A stretch of 24,249 nucleotides of DNA. It comes from a virus. Lineage: Duplodnaviria; Caudoviricetes. Each line of letters opens with the position of its first letter. The first letter of the stretch is position 1. The stretch is taken from positions 1 through 24,249 of IMG/VR virus record IMGVR_UViG_3300006484_001348. One strand, given 5' to 3'. The notes beneath the pieces are model-generated. The model saw only the letters and a list, made by a program, of their open reading frames with translations. It was not told where the DNA came from and ran no database searches. Positions 8,778 to 17,747 of this stretch are shown piece by piece. The position numbers were made by a program, and so were the translations under genes.

Positions 8778-9271
8778 CGTTCTACCCATCGTTTTTTACC
8801 ATCTATCATTTTTAAAGTTTTTCCTTTTAATGAGCTTGTTCCGCCCTTGTTAGGATGAGATTTCCCCTTCATAGGACCACCATCTTTCCTGGTCCATCCT
8901 CGATCAGTTCCTTTGAGTCTTCTAAGAACCCTTGCTGCCTTTTGTGATTCACTCATTTTCTTAATACTTTCAGGGTGGTGTGTTTTATTTCCGCCGCCAT
9001 TTCTAATATTAAATCCATTTGTGATACTATTAAATTTGGCAATATAGATTTCTTCTAATGTATTTAACTCATCTAACGTAGTTGCTTTATCTATTACTTC
9101 AAAAGTAAAAGCATCAACTCCGTATTTTTTCAAAGCATTATGAAAATGATATGTTTTTGGTGTATGTTTACTATCACAAATATGCTCTAGTCTACGTTGA
9201 TTAGGATCTTGTATAGTCTGCCCTATATAACATCTGCCTGTTTCTATATGAGTAAATTTGTAAATAACCAT
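8762..9271 (-). mobile_element. Free-standing GIY-YIG homing endonuclease (Seg-like) with NUMOD3-type DNA-binding tail
   Basis: MVIYKFT...CYIGQT (GIY-YIG), RRLEH, E...I..FNS..NGFN catalytic module; HHPESIKKMSESQK and PMKGKSH NUMOD3-like motifs; inserted between gp14-like and gp15-like genes. Confidence 0.9.
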
Positions 9272-9272
9272 A

Positions 9273-10472
9273 TTATAAATCTGCCCTTGGTTTCAATACT
9301 TGACTCAATGCCTGTCGTTCTGGAACAACTACACCAGCAATTGTGCCAGTTGTTTCGTTGTTAACAAAACCAGCTTTTAATTTTCTTCTTACTAGTAACG
9401 GATTATCTGTTTGACTTTCTCCCAACGTACTTGTAGTCATTCTTACATTATCTTCATGTTTAATCCAATGTATTCCATCATATCTAAATAATCTATTAGG
9501 CAAATAATCAGTTCTTAAGAAAAAATCACCAAGTGTGGGGTTTGCAGGAAATATAATACCAAATCCATAAGGAATACCATTTGGCGGGATTCCATCTCCA
9601 GTTAAATATCCAATATAATAATTTTTACCAGGCGTATTTAAAACAGCCGATGCATCTAAATATGATGATCCTATTGTAATATCATTATTATCAATTGTGA
9701 CATCAGACACAGATACTAATCCTGTTCCAGTATTGCTAATTGGAACAATATAAAATTGATCTGTTTGATATCCACTGGCTTCAACATCTGCCTGTGCTTG
9801 TTGAATAATTTGATTATTAATTTCTATATTTTTACTATATGATGATAGTAAATCACGTAATGTACTACCATCTTCTGCTCCAGAATCTGCATCAAGAATT
9901 TCTTTAAATTCCTGACTATCAACTAAAGGTGAACATTTTGCTCTAACTAAATGTGGATACCAAGTTTGACTATATCCACTGGCAGGACGTGTAACCTCTG
10001 AAACAACATAAAATCTTCTTAGTGCAACGAGGCTGTCATCCAATGCATATTCATCTTTTTGATGTGGTAATTCTATAACATCGCCTGCCATAATTTTTCT
10101 ACCTAACGCATCAAAACTACTACGTAGGTGAAAGTTAATCATAATATTATCATTCTGAAGAAATAATCCAAATTGACTCAAATTAAAATCTAAATCCTGC
10201 AGAGTATATATTCCACGTATAACATATATATCAGGGTCGTAATGACGATCTCTATTTTCCATGAACAACACATCTTGTATTCCTAATTCCGGAATAGGAT
10301 TAGAATTATTAGGTTGTGTAGGAGTACTATTCCCTGCTTCGGGATTAATGGGGCCAAGATATTTGTGTATATAAACATCTGTACCACCAACTTGAAATTC
10401 TTCGTTAATTACACGATCTATAAATCTAAAATCATTGCCCTTTTCGGGCTTGTACATGGAAAGTCTTGGCAT
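9273..10472 (-). CDS. Neck / head-closure protein (T4 gp14-like), extended
   Basis: LSQFGLFLQND, GDVIELPH and GGTDVYIHKY motifs resemble gp14-family proteins; position between gp13-like and gp15-like genes. Confidence 0.65.
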   Translation of the reverse strand: MPRLSMYKPEKGNDFRFIDRVINEEFQVGGTDVYIHKYLGPINPEAGNSTPTQPNNSNPIPELGIQDVLFMENRDRHYDPDIYVIRGIYTLQDLDFNLSQFGLFLQNDNIMINFHLRSSFDALGRKIMAGDVIELPHQKDEYALDDSLVALRRFYVVSEVTRPASGYSQTWYPHLVRAKCSPLVDSQEFKEILDADSGAEDGSTLRDLLSSYSKNIEINNQIIQQAQADVEASGYQTDQFYIVPISNTGTGLVSVSDVTIDNNDITIGSSYLDASAVLNTPGKNYYIGYLTGDGIPPNGIPYGFGIIFPANPTLGDFFLRTDYLPNRLFRYDGIHWIKHEDNVRMTTSTLGESQTDNPLLVRRKLKAGFVNNETTGTIAGVVVPERQALSQVLKPRADL

Positions 10473-10479
10473 AGTATTC

Positions 10480-10494
10480 TATTTATGGTAAATA
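10480..10494. promoter_or_regulatory. Back-to-back late promoter cores TATTTA-TGG-TAAATA
   Basis: Minus-strand TAAATA (10485-10480) is 7 nt before ATG 10472; plus-strand TAAATA (10489-10494) is 5 nt before ATG 10500; the whole intergenic gap is 27 bp. Confidence 0.7.
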
Positions 10495-10499
10495 TTAAC

Positions 10500-11258
10500 A
10501 TGACTGAGAACGAAAACGAACGCCAACAAATTGTAGAATACGTCAAATCCATGTTAGGTAGTGGTATGGTTGATGTAGAACTAGACCCTGTACATTACAA
10601 CACAGCAATTAATAAGGCATTGGCTAAATTCCGCCAACGAAGTAGTAATGCTGTAGAAGAAAGTTTTGGATTTTTAACACTTGAAGAAGATCAAAATGAA
10701 TATCTGCTCCCACAAGAAGTTACCAATGTTCGACAAATTTTCCGTCGTAGCGTTGGTAGCAGATCAGGTGGCGGCCAAGGTGGATCGCTATACGAACCAT
10801 TTAATCTAGCATATTCTAACACGTATTTGCTAACAAGTACAAACATGGGTGGGTTAGCAACTTATTACGCATTTGCCAGCTATCAAAAGTTAGTGGGTAA
10901 AATGTTTGGTAGTGAAATTAACTTTACCTTTAATAAAACTACTAAAAAACTAACTATCATGCAACGTCCAAGAGTCGAGGAAGAAGTTATGCTGTGGTTA
11001 TATAATTATCGTCCAGACTTTAATTTAATGCAAGATCAATTTGCTGGTCAGTGGTTAAAAGATTATTCATTGGCAACTGCTAAACTTATGCTAGGCGAAG
11101 CACGTGAAAAGTTTGCAAGTATTGCTGCACCATCTGGAACTACACAATTAAATGGTGCAGCTCTTAAAAGTGAAGGTAAAGCCGAAATTGAAGGCCTCGA
11201 ACTTGATTTAATTAATTACAAAGATGGAGGGACCCCTCTTACATTTGTAATTGGCTAA
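10500..11258 (+). CDS. Neck protein (T4 gp13-like)
   Basis: MTENENERQQIVEYVKSMLGSGMVDVELD, WLKDYSLATAKLMLGEAREKF and GTTQLNGAAL are gp13-family motifs. True start is ATG 10500, not 10314 as in the track, which would overlap gp14 antisense. Confidence 0.85.
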   Translation: MTENENERQQIVEYVKSMLGSGMVDVELDPVHYNTAINKALAKFRQRSSNAVEESFGFLTLEEDQNEYLLPQEVTNVRQIFRRSVGSRSGGGQGGSLYEPFNLAYSNTYLLTSTNMGGLATYYAFASYQKLVGKMFGSEINFTFNKTTKKLTIMQRPRVEEEVMLWLYNYRPDFNLMQDQFAGQWLKDYSLATAKLMLGEAREKFASIAAPSGTTQLNGAALKSEGKAEIEGLELDLINYKDGGTPLTFVIG

Positions 11259-11265
11259 TGAATTC

Positions 11266-11294
11266 TTGACAAATTAATATAATTGTAATAAATT
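11266..11294 (+). promoter_or_regulatory. Sigma70-like promoter for the dNMP kinase gene
   Basis: TTGACA (11266-11271), 17-bp spacer, TAAATT (11289-11294). Confidence 0.55.
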
Positions 11295-11315
11295 ATAGTA
11301 TTACTTGGGGATGCT

Positions 11316-11972
11316 ATGATCATTGGTTTTGTGGGATTAATTGGTAGCGGAAAAGATACCGCGGCTGATTATTTGGTTAATTTTCACGGATTTAGAAGAG
11401 ATAGTTTTGCCGGAACTTTGAAAGATGCAGTTGCAGCAGTATTTGGGTGGGATAGAACACTACTCGAAGGGCGTACAAAAGAAGCACGTGAATGGAGAGA
11501 ACAAGTAGATACCTGGTGGGCAAAACGTCTAGGAATGCCCGATCTTACTCCACGTTGGATCCTTCAATACTGGGGCACCGAAGTTTGCCGTAAAGCATTT
11601 CATAATAGTATATGGATTGCCAGTTTAGAGCACAAACTATTATCTACAAACGACGACATTGTTATTAGTGACGTACGGTTTCCTAACGAAATTTCTGCTA
11701 TTCATACTGCCGGTGGATTGGTGGTAAGAATTAAACGGGGCGAAGATCCTGACTGGTTCCCTGCTGCTGAGTCATATAATCGTGGACCAAATGGTAATTC
11801 AACCTGGGCGTTGAGCGGTATGAAATTAGAAAGATCAAAAATACATGCTAGTGAGTATTCATGGGTTGGTGGTAAAATTGACCACACTGTGTTTAATGAC
11901 ACTACTATTGATTCGTTATTTGAACAAATTAAAAATCTGGTCGAAGATCTCCCTGTCGCCAGGGCAATTTGA
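11316..11972 (+). CDS. Deoxynucleoside monophosphate kinase (T4 gp1-like)
   Basis: P-loop GLIGSGKDT, SFAGTLKD, TPRWILQYWGTEVCR, VISDVRFPNE and HASE motifs. Confidence 0.92.
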   Translation: MIIGFVGLIGSGKDTAADYLVNFHGFRRDSFAGTLKDAVAAVFGWDRTLLEGRTKEAREWREQVDTWWAKRLGMPDLTPRWILQYWGTEVCRKAFHNSIWIASLEHKLLSTNDDIVISDVRFPNEISAIHTAGGLVVRIKRGEDPDWFPAAESYNRGPNGNSTWALSGMKLERSKIHASEYSWVGGKIDHTVFNDTTIDSLFEQIKNLVEDLPVARAI

Positions 11973-12264
11973 GTTTGTGTAGTATTCGCTGACAGTTAGC
12001 ACATACTGTTTTAAGATTTGTATATCTACAATTTGTTATATTGCCATCGATGTAAAATACGTTGAACTGATCAGGATATTTAGAAACAAAACCGCATTTA
12101 TCACATGTAGATTTTTTAATGTATCCTGCTTTTTCCCATAAAGGTATACCTTCTTTGCGTTGACTTGCACAATGATCACACTTTGATCTATAGAAGGCTT
12201 TATCCAATTTATAATAGTTAATTGCTACAGGCCGTTTACCGCATTCTTTGCATAAATCTCTCAT
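11929..12264 (-). CDS. Zn-finger protein with degenerate HNH fold
   Basis: Four CxxC pairs; VFYIDGNITNCRYTNLKTVCANCQR aligns to the HNH pattern HH(I)DGN..NN...NL..LC.NCH but lacks both His positions. Confidence 0.7.
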   Translation of the reverse strand: MRDLCKECGKRPVAINYYKLDKAFYRSKCDHCASQRKEGIPLWEKAGYIKKSTCDKCGFVSKYPDQFNVFYIDGNITNCRYTNLKTVCANCQRILHKLKLPWRQGDLRPDF

Positions 12265-12295
12265 TTTGCGCCCTTTTTGTTGCCCTTTTCACTAG

Positions 12296-12354
12296 TATTT
12301 AACCCCTTGTTTTTTCATATACTAGGTAAATAATTCAAGTAATCCAATTAGGAG
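12296..12354. promoter_or_regulatory. Divergent late promoter cores and sheath-gene SD
   Basis: Minus-strand TAAATA at 12301-12296; plus-strand GGTAAATA at 12325-12332; AGGAG at 12350-12354 before ATG 12364. Confidence 0.65.
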
Positions 12355-12363
12355 AAATTACAT

Positions 12364-15324
12364 ATGGCAACATTGAATTCACCGGGCGTATTAGTAACAG
12401 TAATTGATGAGAGTTTTTATACTCCGGCGGCACCGGGAACAGTGCCTTTATTATTTGTAACATCTTCCCAAGACAAAACAAATGCAGGCGGCACCATTGC
12501 AGCTGGTACTACAGCAGCAAATACTGGTAAATTATGGTTGATGACCAGTCAGCGTGATCTAGCTGACACATTTGGTGTACCACAATTTTATACAGATGCT
12601 AGTGGTAATGCGTTACATGGCAATGAATTAAATGAATATGGTCTGCAAGCAGCCTATAGTTTACTTGGTGTTAGTAGCAGAGCATATATTATTAGAGCCG
12701 ATGTTAATACAACAAATTTAATACCATCATCTAGCATGCCAAAAGGTAATCCAGAAGCTGGACAATATTGGATTGACACCAATGATAGTAAGTATGGTAT
12801 TAAAGAATGGAATCAAACCACACTAACATTTGTTGATAAAACTCCTATTGTATTAAATGACGATTCTGATGCAGGAAGTTTTAGTGCTGATAAACCTGCT
12901 ATCACTATTGGAAATATAGGCGATTATTGTTTAATCATTACTGGAGATAACACTAATAGATTATTCTATAAGACCAGCGGAGTATTATGGGATTTTGTTC
13001 TTAGTGCATCAAAAAGTCTTGAAATGACCCCTCATTATCAGGTTCCTAATTGGACCAGTGGTACTGCTGACAAGAGCGTATGGATTGTGACAACTACAGC
13101 CAATAATGGTGCAAACTGGAGTGTAAAACGTTTTAACAGTGCATCTCAGAGTTGGGATAAACTAACAGCACCAATTTATGACAAAGTATTAGAAGCTACA
13201 GCAGGATTAGATACCAAAGGCGGAGCAGCAATTCCTATAGGATCTGTTTTTATTGAAACAAATTACGATAATAATGCAAACAATCCATTTGCCAATTTCA
13301 AAGCCTGGAGACGTGCAAATACAGGAGCAACTACTATAGTTAGTAGTTTAAGTCCTAAATCCGGAGCAGGTACTTATAGATTCCTTATCAAAGAAACACT
13401 TGCAGGATCTAAAACGTGGTACGGTGCTACTACTACAGGCACCACAATAACTATTTCAGGTGGAACAACAACTACCAGTCTTGCATCTTTAATTCCAGCA
13501 GGTATAGCAGCCGCAGGACTTACTAATATTATTTCCTCCTACAATGCTACAAGTGATTCTATATCAATTTCACATAAGTTAGGTGGCGATTTTGAAATGA
13601 CCGATATCACCGCTGCTCCATTAGCTGCACTTGGATTTATTGCAGGAACTACTGACAATCTATATATTCCTGCACCTGGAGATAGTCCTGCTGCGTTTCT
13701 TGCTACAAATTGGTCACCATTGACTTATGTTGCATCCGATGATGCTCCATATAATACACCAGCTGACGGAACACTATGGTATAATTCAGTAGTTGACGAA
13801 GTTGATATTATGTATCACAATGGTACAACTTGGGTTGGATATCGTGATTCCACAGCATTTCCTAACTCGGACCCAGCAGGCCCGATTGTAAGTGCAACTG
13901 CTCCAGCAGCCACTAATGGACAAAGCGACGGCACCGCACTAGTAGCTGGAGATATATGGATTTCTACCGCAGAAATGGATCGCTATGGTAAAGACATTTA
14001 TGTTTATAGTACCACTGCCGGTTGGGTCAAACAAGATGTAACAGATCAATCAACTTCTAATGGTTGGTTATTTGCAGATGCACGTTGGGCTAATACAGGA
14101 ACAACATTGACTGCTAGTCCTATAGTTACATTGTTAACCAGTAATTATTTAGACCCAGATGCACCAGATCCTGCAATATATCCTAGAGGTATGCATTTAG
14201 TTAACACTCGTCGTAGTGGATTTAATGTTAAAGAATATAAGACTGGATATATTGATATATACGCCAACAGTGGTAGAAATCAACGTTATCCAAGTACAAC
14301 TGGTGAATTGTTAGATGCATATGAAACGGATCGTTGGGTATCACAAAATAATGTGGCCCAAGACGGGTCTGGAGTATTTGGACGTCATGCACAGCGAGCA
14401 CAAATTGTTGCAGCATTAAAGTCTACAATTGATACAAATTCAATTATTAGAGATACGGATACAGTTAACTTCAATTTAATGGCTACACCGGGTTATCCAG
14501 AAGCTATACAAAATATGGTTGGTTTTAATGTCGACAGAGGACAAACAGCATTTGTTATTGGTGATACACCATTCCGTTTACAACCAACAGGAACTGCACT
14601 AAATGCATGGGGTAAAAATACTGCCCTAGCATTTGACAATAACGACGATGGTGCGGTAACATATGATGAATACATGGCAATGTATTATCCAAGTGGTTTT
14701 GCCAACGATAACACAGGTAACTATATTGTTGTTCCACCAAGTCATATGATGTTACGTACTATCATTAATAGTGATGCAAAAAGCTATCAGTGGTTTGCAC
14801 CAGCAGGTACACGTCGCGGCGGCATTGACAATGCTACATCAGTTGGATATATTACCGAAGAAGGTGAGTTTAAAACTACTGCGTTATCACAAGGTATACG
14901 TGATGTATTAGACTCAGTTAAAATTAATCCAATTGCAACCTTTACAGGTGTTGGAATTGTAGCATATGGTCAACGTACTCGTGCTAAAAATGCCAGTGCA
15001 TTGGATAGAATTAATGTTGCTCGATTAGTTTGTTACTTACGTAGACAATTAGATGTTCTTGCAAGACCATTCTTGTTTGAACCCAATGATGCACAAACTC
15101 GTAGAGAAATTAAGGCGGCAGCAGAAAGTCTAATGCTTGAATTAGTGGGACAACGTGCATTGTATGACTACATTGTAGTATGCGATGAAACAAATAATAC
15201 TCCTTCAAGAATAGATCGTAACGAATTATATATGGATATTGCTATTGAGCCTGTTAAAGCAGTTGAATACATTTATATTCCTTTAAGACTAAAAAATACT
15301 GGCGATATCAAGGCCGGCCTATAA
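12364..15324 (+). CDS. Contractile tail sheath protein (T4 gp18-like) with large internal insertion domains
   Basis: N-terminal LNSPGVLVTVIDES; C-terminal VPPS, WFAPAGTRRG, INPI, YGQRT, ALDRINVARL, FLFEPND, VVCDETNNTP and IEPVKAVEYIYI. Confidence 0.96.
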   Translation: MATLNSPGVLVTVIDESFYTPAAPGTVPLLFVTSSQDKTNAGGTIAAGTTAANTGKLWLMTSQRDLADTFGVPQFYTDASGNALHGNELNEYGLQAAYSLLGVSSRAYIIRADVNTTNLIPSSSMPKGNPEAGQYWIDTNDSKYGIKEWNQTTLTFVDKTPIVLNDDSDAGSFSADKPAITIGNIGDYCLIITGDNTNRLFYKTSGVLWDFVLSASKSLEMTPHYQVPNWTSGTADKSVWIVTTTANNGANWSVKRFNSASQSWDKLTAPIYDKVLEATAGLDTKGGAAIPIGSVFIETNYDNNANNPFANFKAWRRANTGATTIVSSLSPKSGAGTYRFLIKETLAGSKTWYGATTTGTTITISGGTTTTSLASLIPAGIAAAGLTNIISSYNATSDSISISHKLGGDFEMTDITAAPLAALGFIAGTTDNLYIPAPGDSPAAFLATNWSPLTYVASDDAPYNTPADGTLWYNSVVDEVDIMYHNGTTWVGYRDSTAFPNSDPAGPIVSATAPAATNGQSDGTALVAGDIWISTAEMDRYGKDIYVYSTTAGWVKQDVTDQSTSNGWLFADARWANTGTTLTASPIVTLLTSNYLDPDAPDPAIYPRGMHLVNTRRSGFNVKEYKTGYIDIYANSGRNQRYPSTTGELLDAYETDRWVSQNNVAQDGSGVFGRHAQRAQIVAALKSTIDTNSIIRDTDTVNFNLMATPGYPEAIQNMVGFNVDRGQTAFVIGDTPFRLQPTGTALNAWGKNTALAFDNNDDGAVTYDEYMAMYYPSGFANDNTGNYIVVPPSHMMLRTIINSDAKSYQWFAPAGTRRGGIDNATSVGYITEEGEFKTTALSQGIRDVLDSVKINPIATFTGVGIVAYGQRTRAKNASALDRINVARLVCYLRRQLDVLARPFLFEPNDAQTRREIKAAAESLMLELVGQRALYDYIVVCDETNNTPSRIDRNELYMDIAIEPVKAVEYIYIPLRLKNTGDIKAGL

Positions 15325-15326
15325 TA

Positions 15327-15349
15327 GGTAAATAACATAGATTAAGGAG
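15327..15349 (+). promoter_or_regulatory. Late promoter core plus SD for the tail tube gene
   Basis: GGTAAATA at 15327-15334; AAGGAG at 15344-15349; ATG 15357. Confidence 0.7.
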
Positions 15350-15356
15350 CATTTAT

Positions 15357-16001
15357 ATGCCAGTTGCAAGTTTAAATAGATTTACAGTACCATTAGCAGC
15401 AAGTCAAGGGCCTAACACCCAAGGCTTGTTAATGCCAAAATTACAATATCGTTTCCGTGTTACAATGGATCAATTTGGTGTAGGTGGTCAACCAAGCACT
15501 GAATTAACTAAACAAGTTATGACCGTTAGTCGTCCTGAAATTACATTTGAAGAAGTTCCAATACATGTTTATAATAGCACAGTTAAATTGTTAGGAAAAC
15601 ACAAGTTTGGTGATGTTAAACTAAAAATTAGAGACGATGCCAGCGGTGTTGTTACTAAAAAAATTGGCGAACAAATGCAGAAACAGTTTGATTTCTTTGA
15701 ACAAAGTGGAGCAGCATCTGGTTCAGATTATAAGTTTAGAATGCGTGTTGAAATTCTTGATGGCGGTAATGGCGCTTACGAACCGGTTACACTAGAAAGT
15801 TTTGAATACTTGGGTTGCTGGATTAAGGCTGCTACTTATGCAGGCGGCGATTATACAAAGAATGATCCATTTGATATTGATATGACAATTTGTATAGATA
15901 ATGCAATTCAACTTGAAGCACCAGGCGGTGCAGCTAGTGGTATTGGATTAGATGTTGGTCGTGTTGTAAGAGCATCTAACGCACAAGGTCTAGTTAACTA
16001 A
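15357..16001 (+). CDS. Tail tube protein (T4 gp19-like)
   Basis: Follows the sheath gene; PKLQYRFRV, VSRPEITFEEV, LLGKHKFGDVKLKIRDD and FEYLGCWI match the tube fold pattern. Confidence 0.85.
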   Translation: MPVASLNRFTVPLAASQGPNTQGLLMPKLQYRFRVTMDQFGVGGQPSTELTKQVMTVSRPEITFEEVPIHVYNSTVKLLGKHKFGDVKLKIRDDASGVVTKKIGEQMQKQFDFFEQSGAASGSDYKFRMRVEILDGGNGAYEPVTLESFEYLGCWIKAATYAGGDYTKNDPFDIDMTICIDNAIQLEAPGGAASGIGLDVGRVVRASNAQGLVN

Positions 16002-16017
16002 TAATCGCGTAATAATT

Positions 16018-16045
16018 AAAAACCTGGATTAATCTCCAGGTTTTT
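16018..16045 (+). terminator. Intrinsic terminator (potentially bidirectional)
   Basis: AAAAACCTGGA-ttaatc-TCCAGGTTTTT perfect inverted repeat just after the tube gene stop. Confidence 0.85.
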
Positions 16046-16052
16046 ATTTGAC

Positions 16053-16058
16053 TAAATA
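16053..16058 (+). promoter_or_regulatory. Late promoter core TAAATA, 5 nt before ATG
   Basis: TAAATA-TTAAT-ATG(16064), immediately after a terminator; no SD. Confidence 0.65.
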
Positions 16059-16063
16059 TTAAT

Positions 16064-17266
16064 ATGAGCAATCCATTTAATGACTATATAACCAAGAAAG
16101 GATTTGGTACAATACTCAAGTCCTACGAACATGCAAATAGATTGTATATAGGTAGTGGTACTAGTGCTTTTGCTAAATCACCTAAATTTAGTTTTTTATA
16201 TTTTGTAAAATTTAATATAAATTCAATTTATATAAAAGATGACGAATTTTTTTCAAAAGATAGATTCAATGTTGGATTATTGGCAAAGAAGATTGATCTT
16301 CCTAAATTCAACATTGCTACAGAAACATTAAATCAATATAATAGAAAAACAGTAATACAAAAAAGTATAAGTTATAATCCTATTAATATAGATTTACACG
16401 ACGATAATACAAATATTACACATCTTCTTTGGGTTAATTATTATAAAAGTTATTATGTTGATGGACAACAAACTAATGCAGCATTTGGAGATACCAAATA
16501 CGGAAATATTGATTATAATTATGGTAGATATGATTCTGACCGGTATACTAATTTTTTTAATTCAATTGAAATTTATGTAATGCATCAAGGAAATTTTACA
16601 AAATATACGTTGGTTAATCCTAAAATTAAAGATTGGAAACACGATGGTGTAGATCAAAGTGCTGGTTCTAAAATATTAGAAAATAAATTAACAGTTGAAT
16701 TTGAAACGGTGTTTTATGATCAAGGGAAACTTGAAAAAAATGGTGATAACTATTTTGATTTAAAATATTATGATCAAACACCAGGCCCCCATACAGTAGG
16801 AAACGACCTTCTTTATAATAAAAGAGGAATATCAGCATTTGATAAAACTTTACAGTCGCCAAGATTTAAATCAAGTAGACCACCAACTTCTATAAATTCA
16901 GAATACGATAAAAAAAGTGGTACAAGAGAATATGGAATAATTAATCGTCCAGCCGCTTCAGATATATTAACTCAATTAGGAACTGTTGTACTTAAAAATT
17001 ATGTTAATCAAAACGGACTAACTAGACAAAATGCTACTGCATATAATATTGCAGGTAGTTTATTAGGATCTACTTTAAATAGTGGTGCAGGAAAGTATGG
17101 AAAAGCTGGCCCAGCAAATGAATACGCTGAACCAACTGCAAATGCCCCAGGTGTGTTTACGTTACCAGGCGGAATTGGAATTAATATATTCAAAGGATTT
17201 AATACCAGCGTTGATGGAAAAATTAGAGCTAATCCTGCTTCAATAATTTTTCCTCCTAAAAGATAA
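16064..17266 (+). CDS. Tail-tube-fold baseplate protein (gp54/gp48-like tube initiator)
   Basis: KKIDLPKFNIATETLNQYNRK...YNPINIDLHDD and YTLVNPKIKDWKHD...LTVEFE parallel the tube protein pattern; position after the tube gene. Confidence 0.6.
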   Translation: MSNPFNDYITKKGFGTILKSYEHANRLYIGSGTSAFAKSPKFSFLYFVKFNINSIYIKDDEFFSKDRFNVGLLAKKIDLPKFNIATETLNQYNRKTVIQKSISYNPINIDLHDDNTNITHLLWVNYYKSYYVDGQQTNAAFGDTKYGNIDYNYGRYDSDRYTNFFNSIEIYVMHQGNFTKYTLVNPKIKDWKHDGVDQSAGSKILENKLTVEFETVFYDQGKLEKNGDNYFDLKYYDQTPGPHTVGNDLLYNKRGISAFDKTLQSPRFKSSRPPTSINSEYDKKSGTREYGIINRPAASDILTQLGTVVLKNYVNQNGLTRQNATAYNIAGSLLGSTLNSGAGKYGKAGPANEYAEPTANAPGVFTLPGGIGINIFKGFNTSVDGKIRANPASIIFPPKR

Positions 17267-17268
17267 TT

Positions 17269-17742
17269 ATGTCGCAATATTCCAACTTACCGCCAGCAGC
17301 ATTGCCTTCTAATTCTGATACTGTGAATGCTATGAATAACTATTATTCTAAATCTATCGAATTAAATTCAACAGTATTAGCAGCAATGACTGGATATTTT
17401 ACCAATAGAGGATTTGGAAATGTTGCTGCCGAGTCAATTACACTAACCATTATGACACAGGCCCACACGGATGGTTATAATCCAATGCAAATATTGGATA
17501 CATTAAAAGGGTTAACTAATGTTCAATTATCAGGATTAGTATCTGAACTATTAAATTATAGAAGATTTAAGTCCAGTAGTTTAGGATATTCTCGAGGATT
17601 TACTCCCAATCCTCAAATACAAAGAAATATAGTAGATGGCTACTATGAATCAACTGTATCTGTTAATACAACATTTGCTTTGTTTGATGAAAACGGAGAA
17701 TTAATAACCAATGAAAGTGGAGAACTTCTAACAACGGAATAA
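17269..17742 (+). CDS. Hypothetical virion protein with acidic C-terminal repeat
   Basis: 157-aa ORF coupled to neighbours; ends DENGELITNESGELLTTE. Confidence 0.7.
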   Translation: MSQYSNLPPAALPSNSDTVNAMNNYYSKSIELNSTVLAAMTGYFTNRGFGNVAAESITLTIMTQAHTDGYNPMQILDTLKGLTNVQLSGLVSELLNYRRFKSSSLGYSRGFTPNPQIQRNIVDGYYESTVSVNTTFALFDENGELITNESGELLTTE

Positions 17743-17747
17743 CTAAT

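Noticed and set aside
8744-9271. Group I intron housing the GIY-YIG ORF
   Set aside because: The ORF starts 1 nt after the gp14 stop and only 18 nt separate its stop from the DWFY codons; I see no room or P/Q/R/S core for a ribozyme. A covariance-model search would settle it.
10314-10499. N-terminal extension of gp13 in the ORF track
   Set aside because: Antisense overlap with the gp14 start; homology-like sequence and the promoter motif point to ATG 10500.
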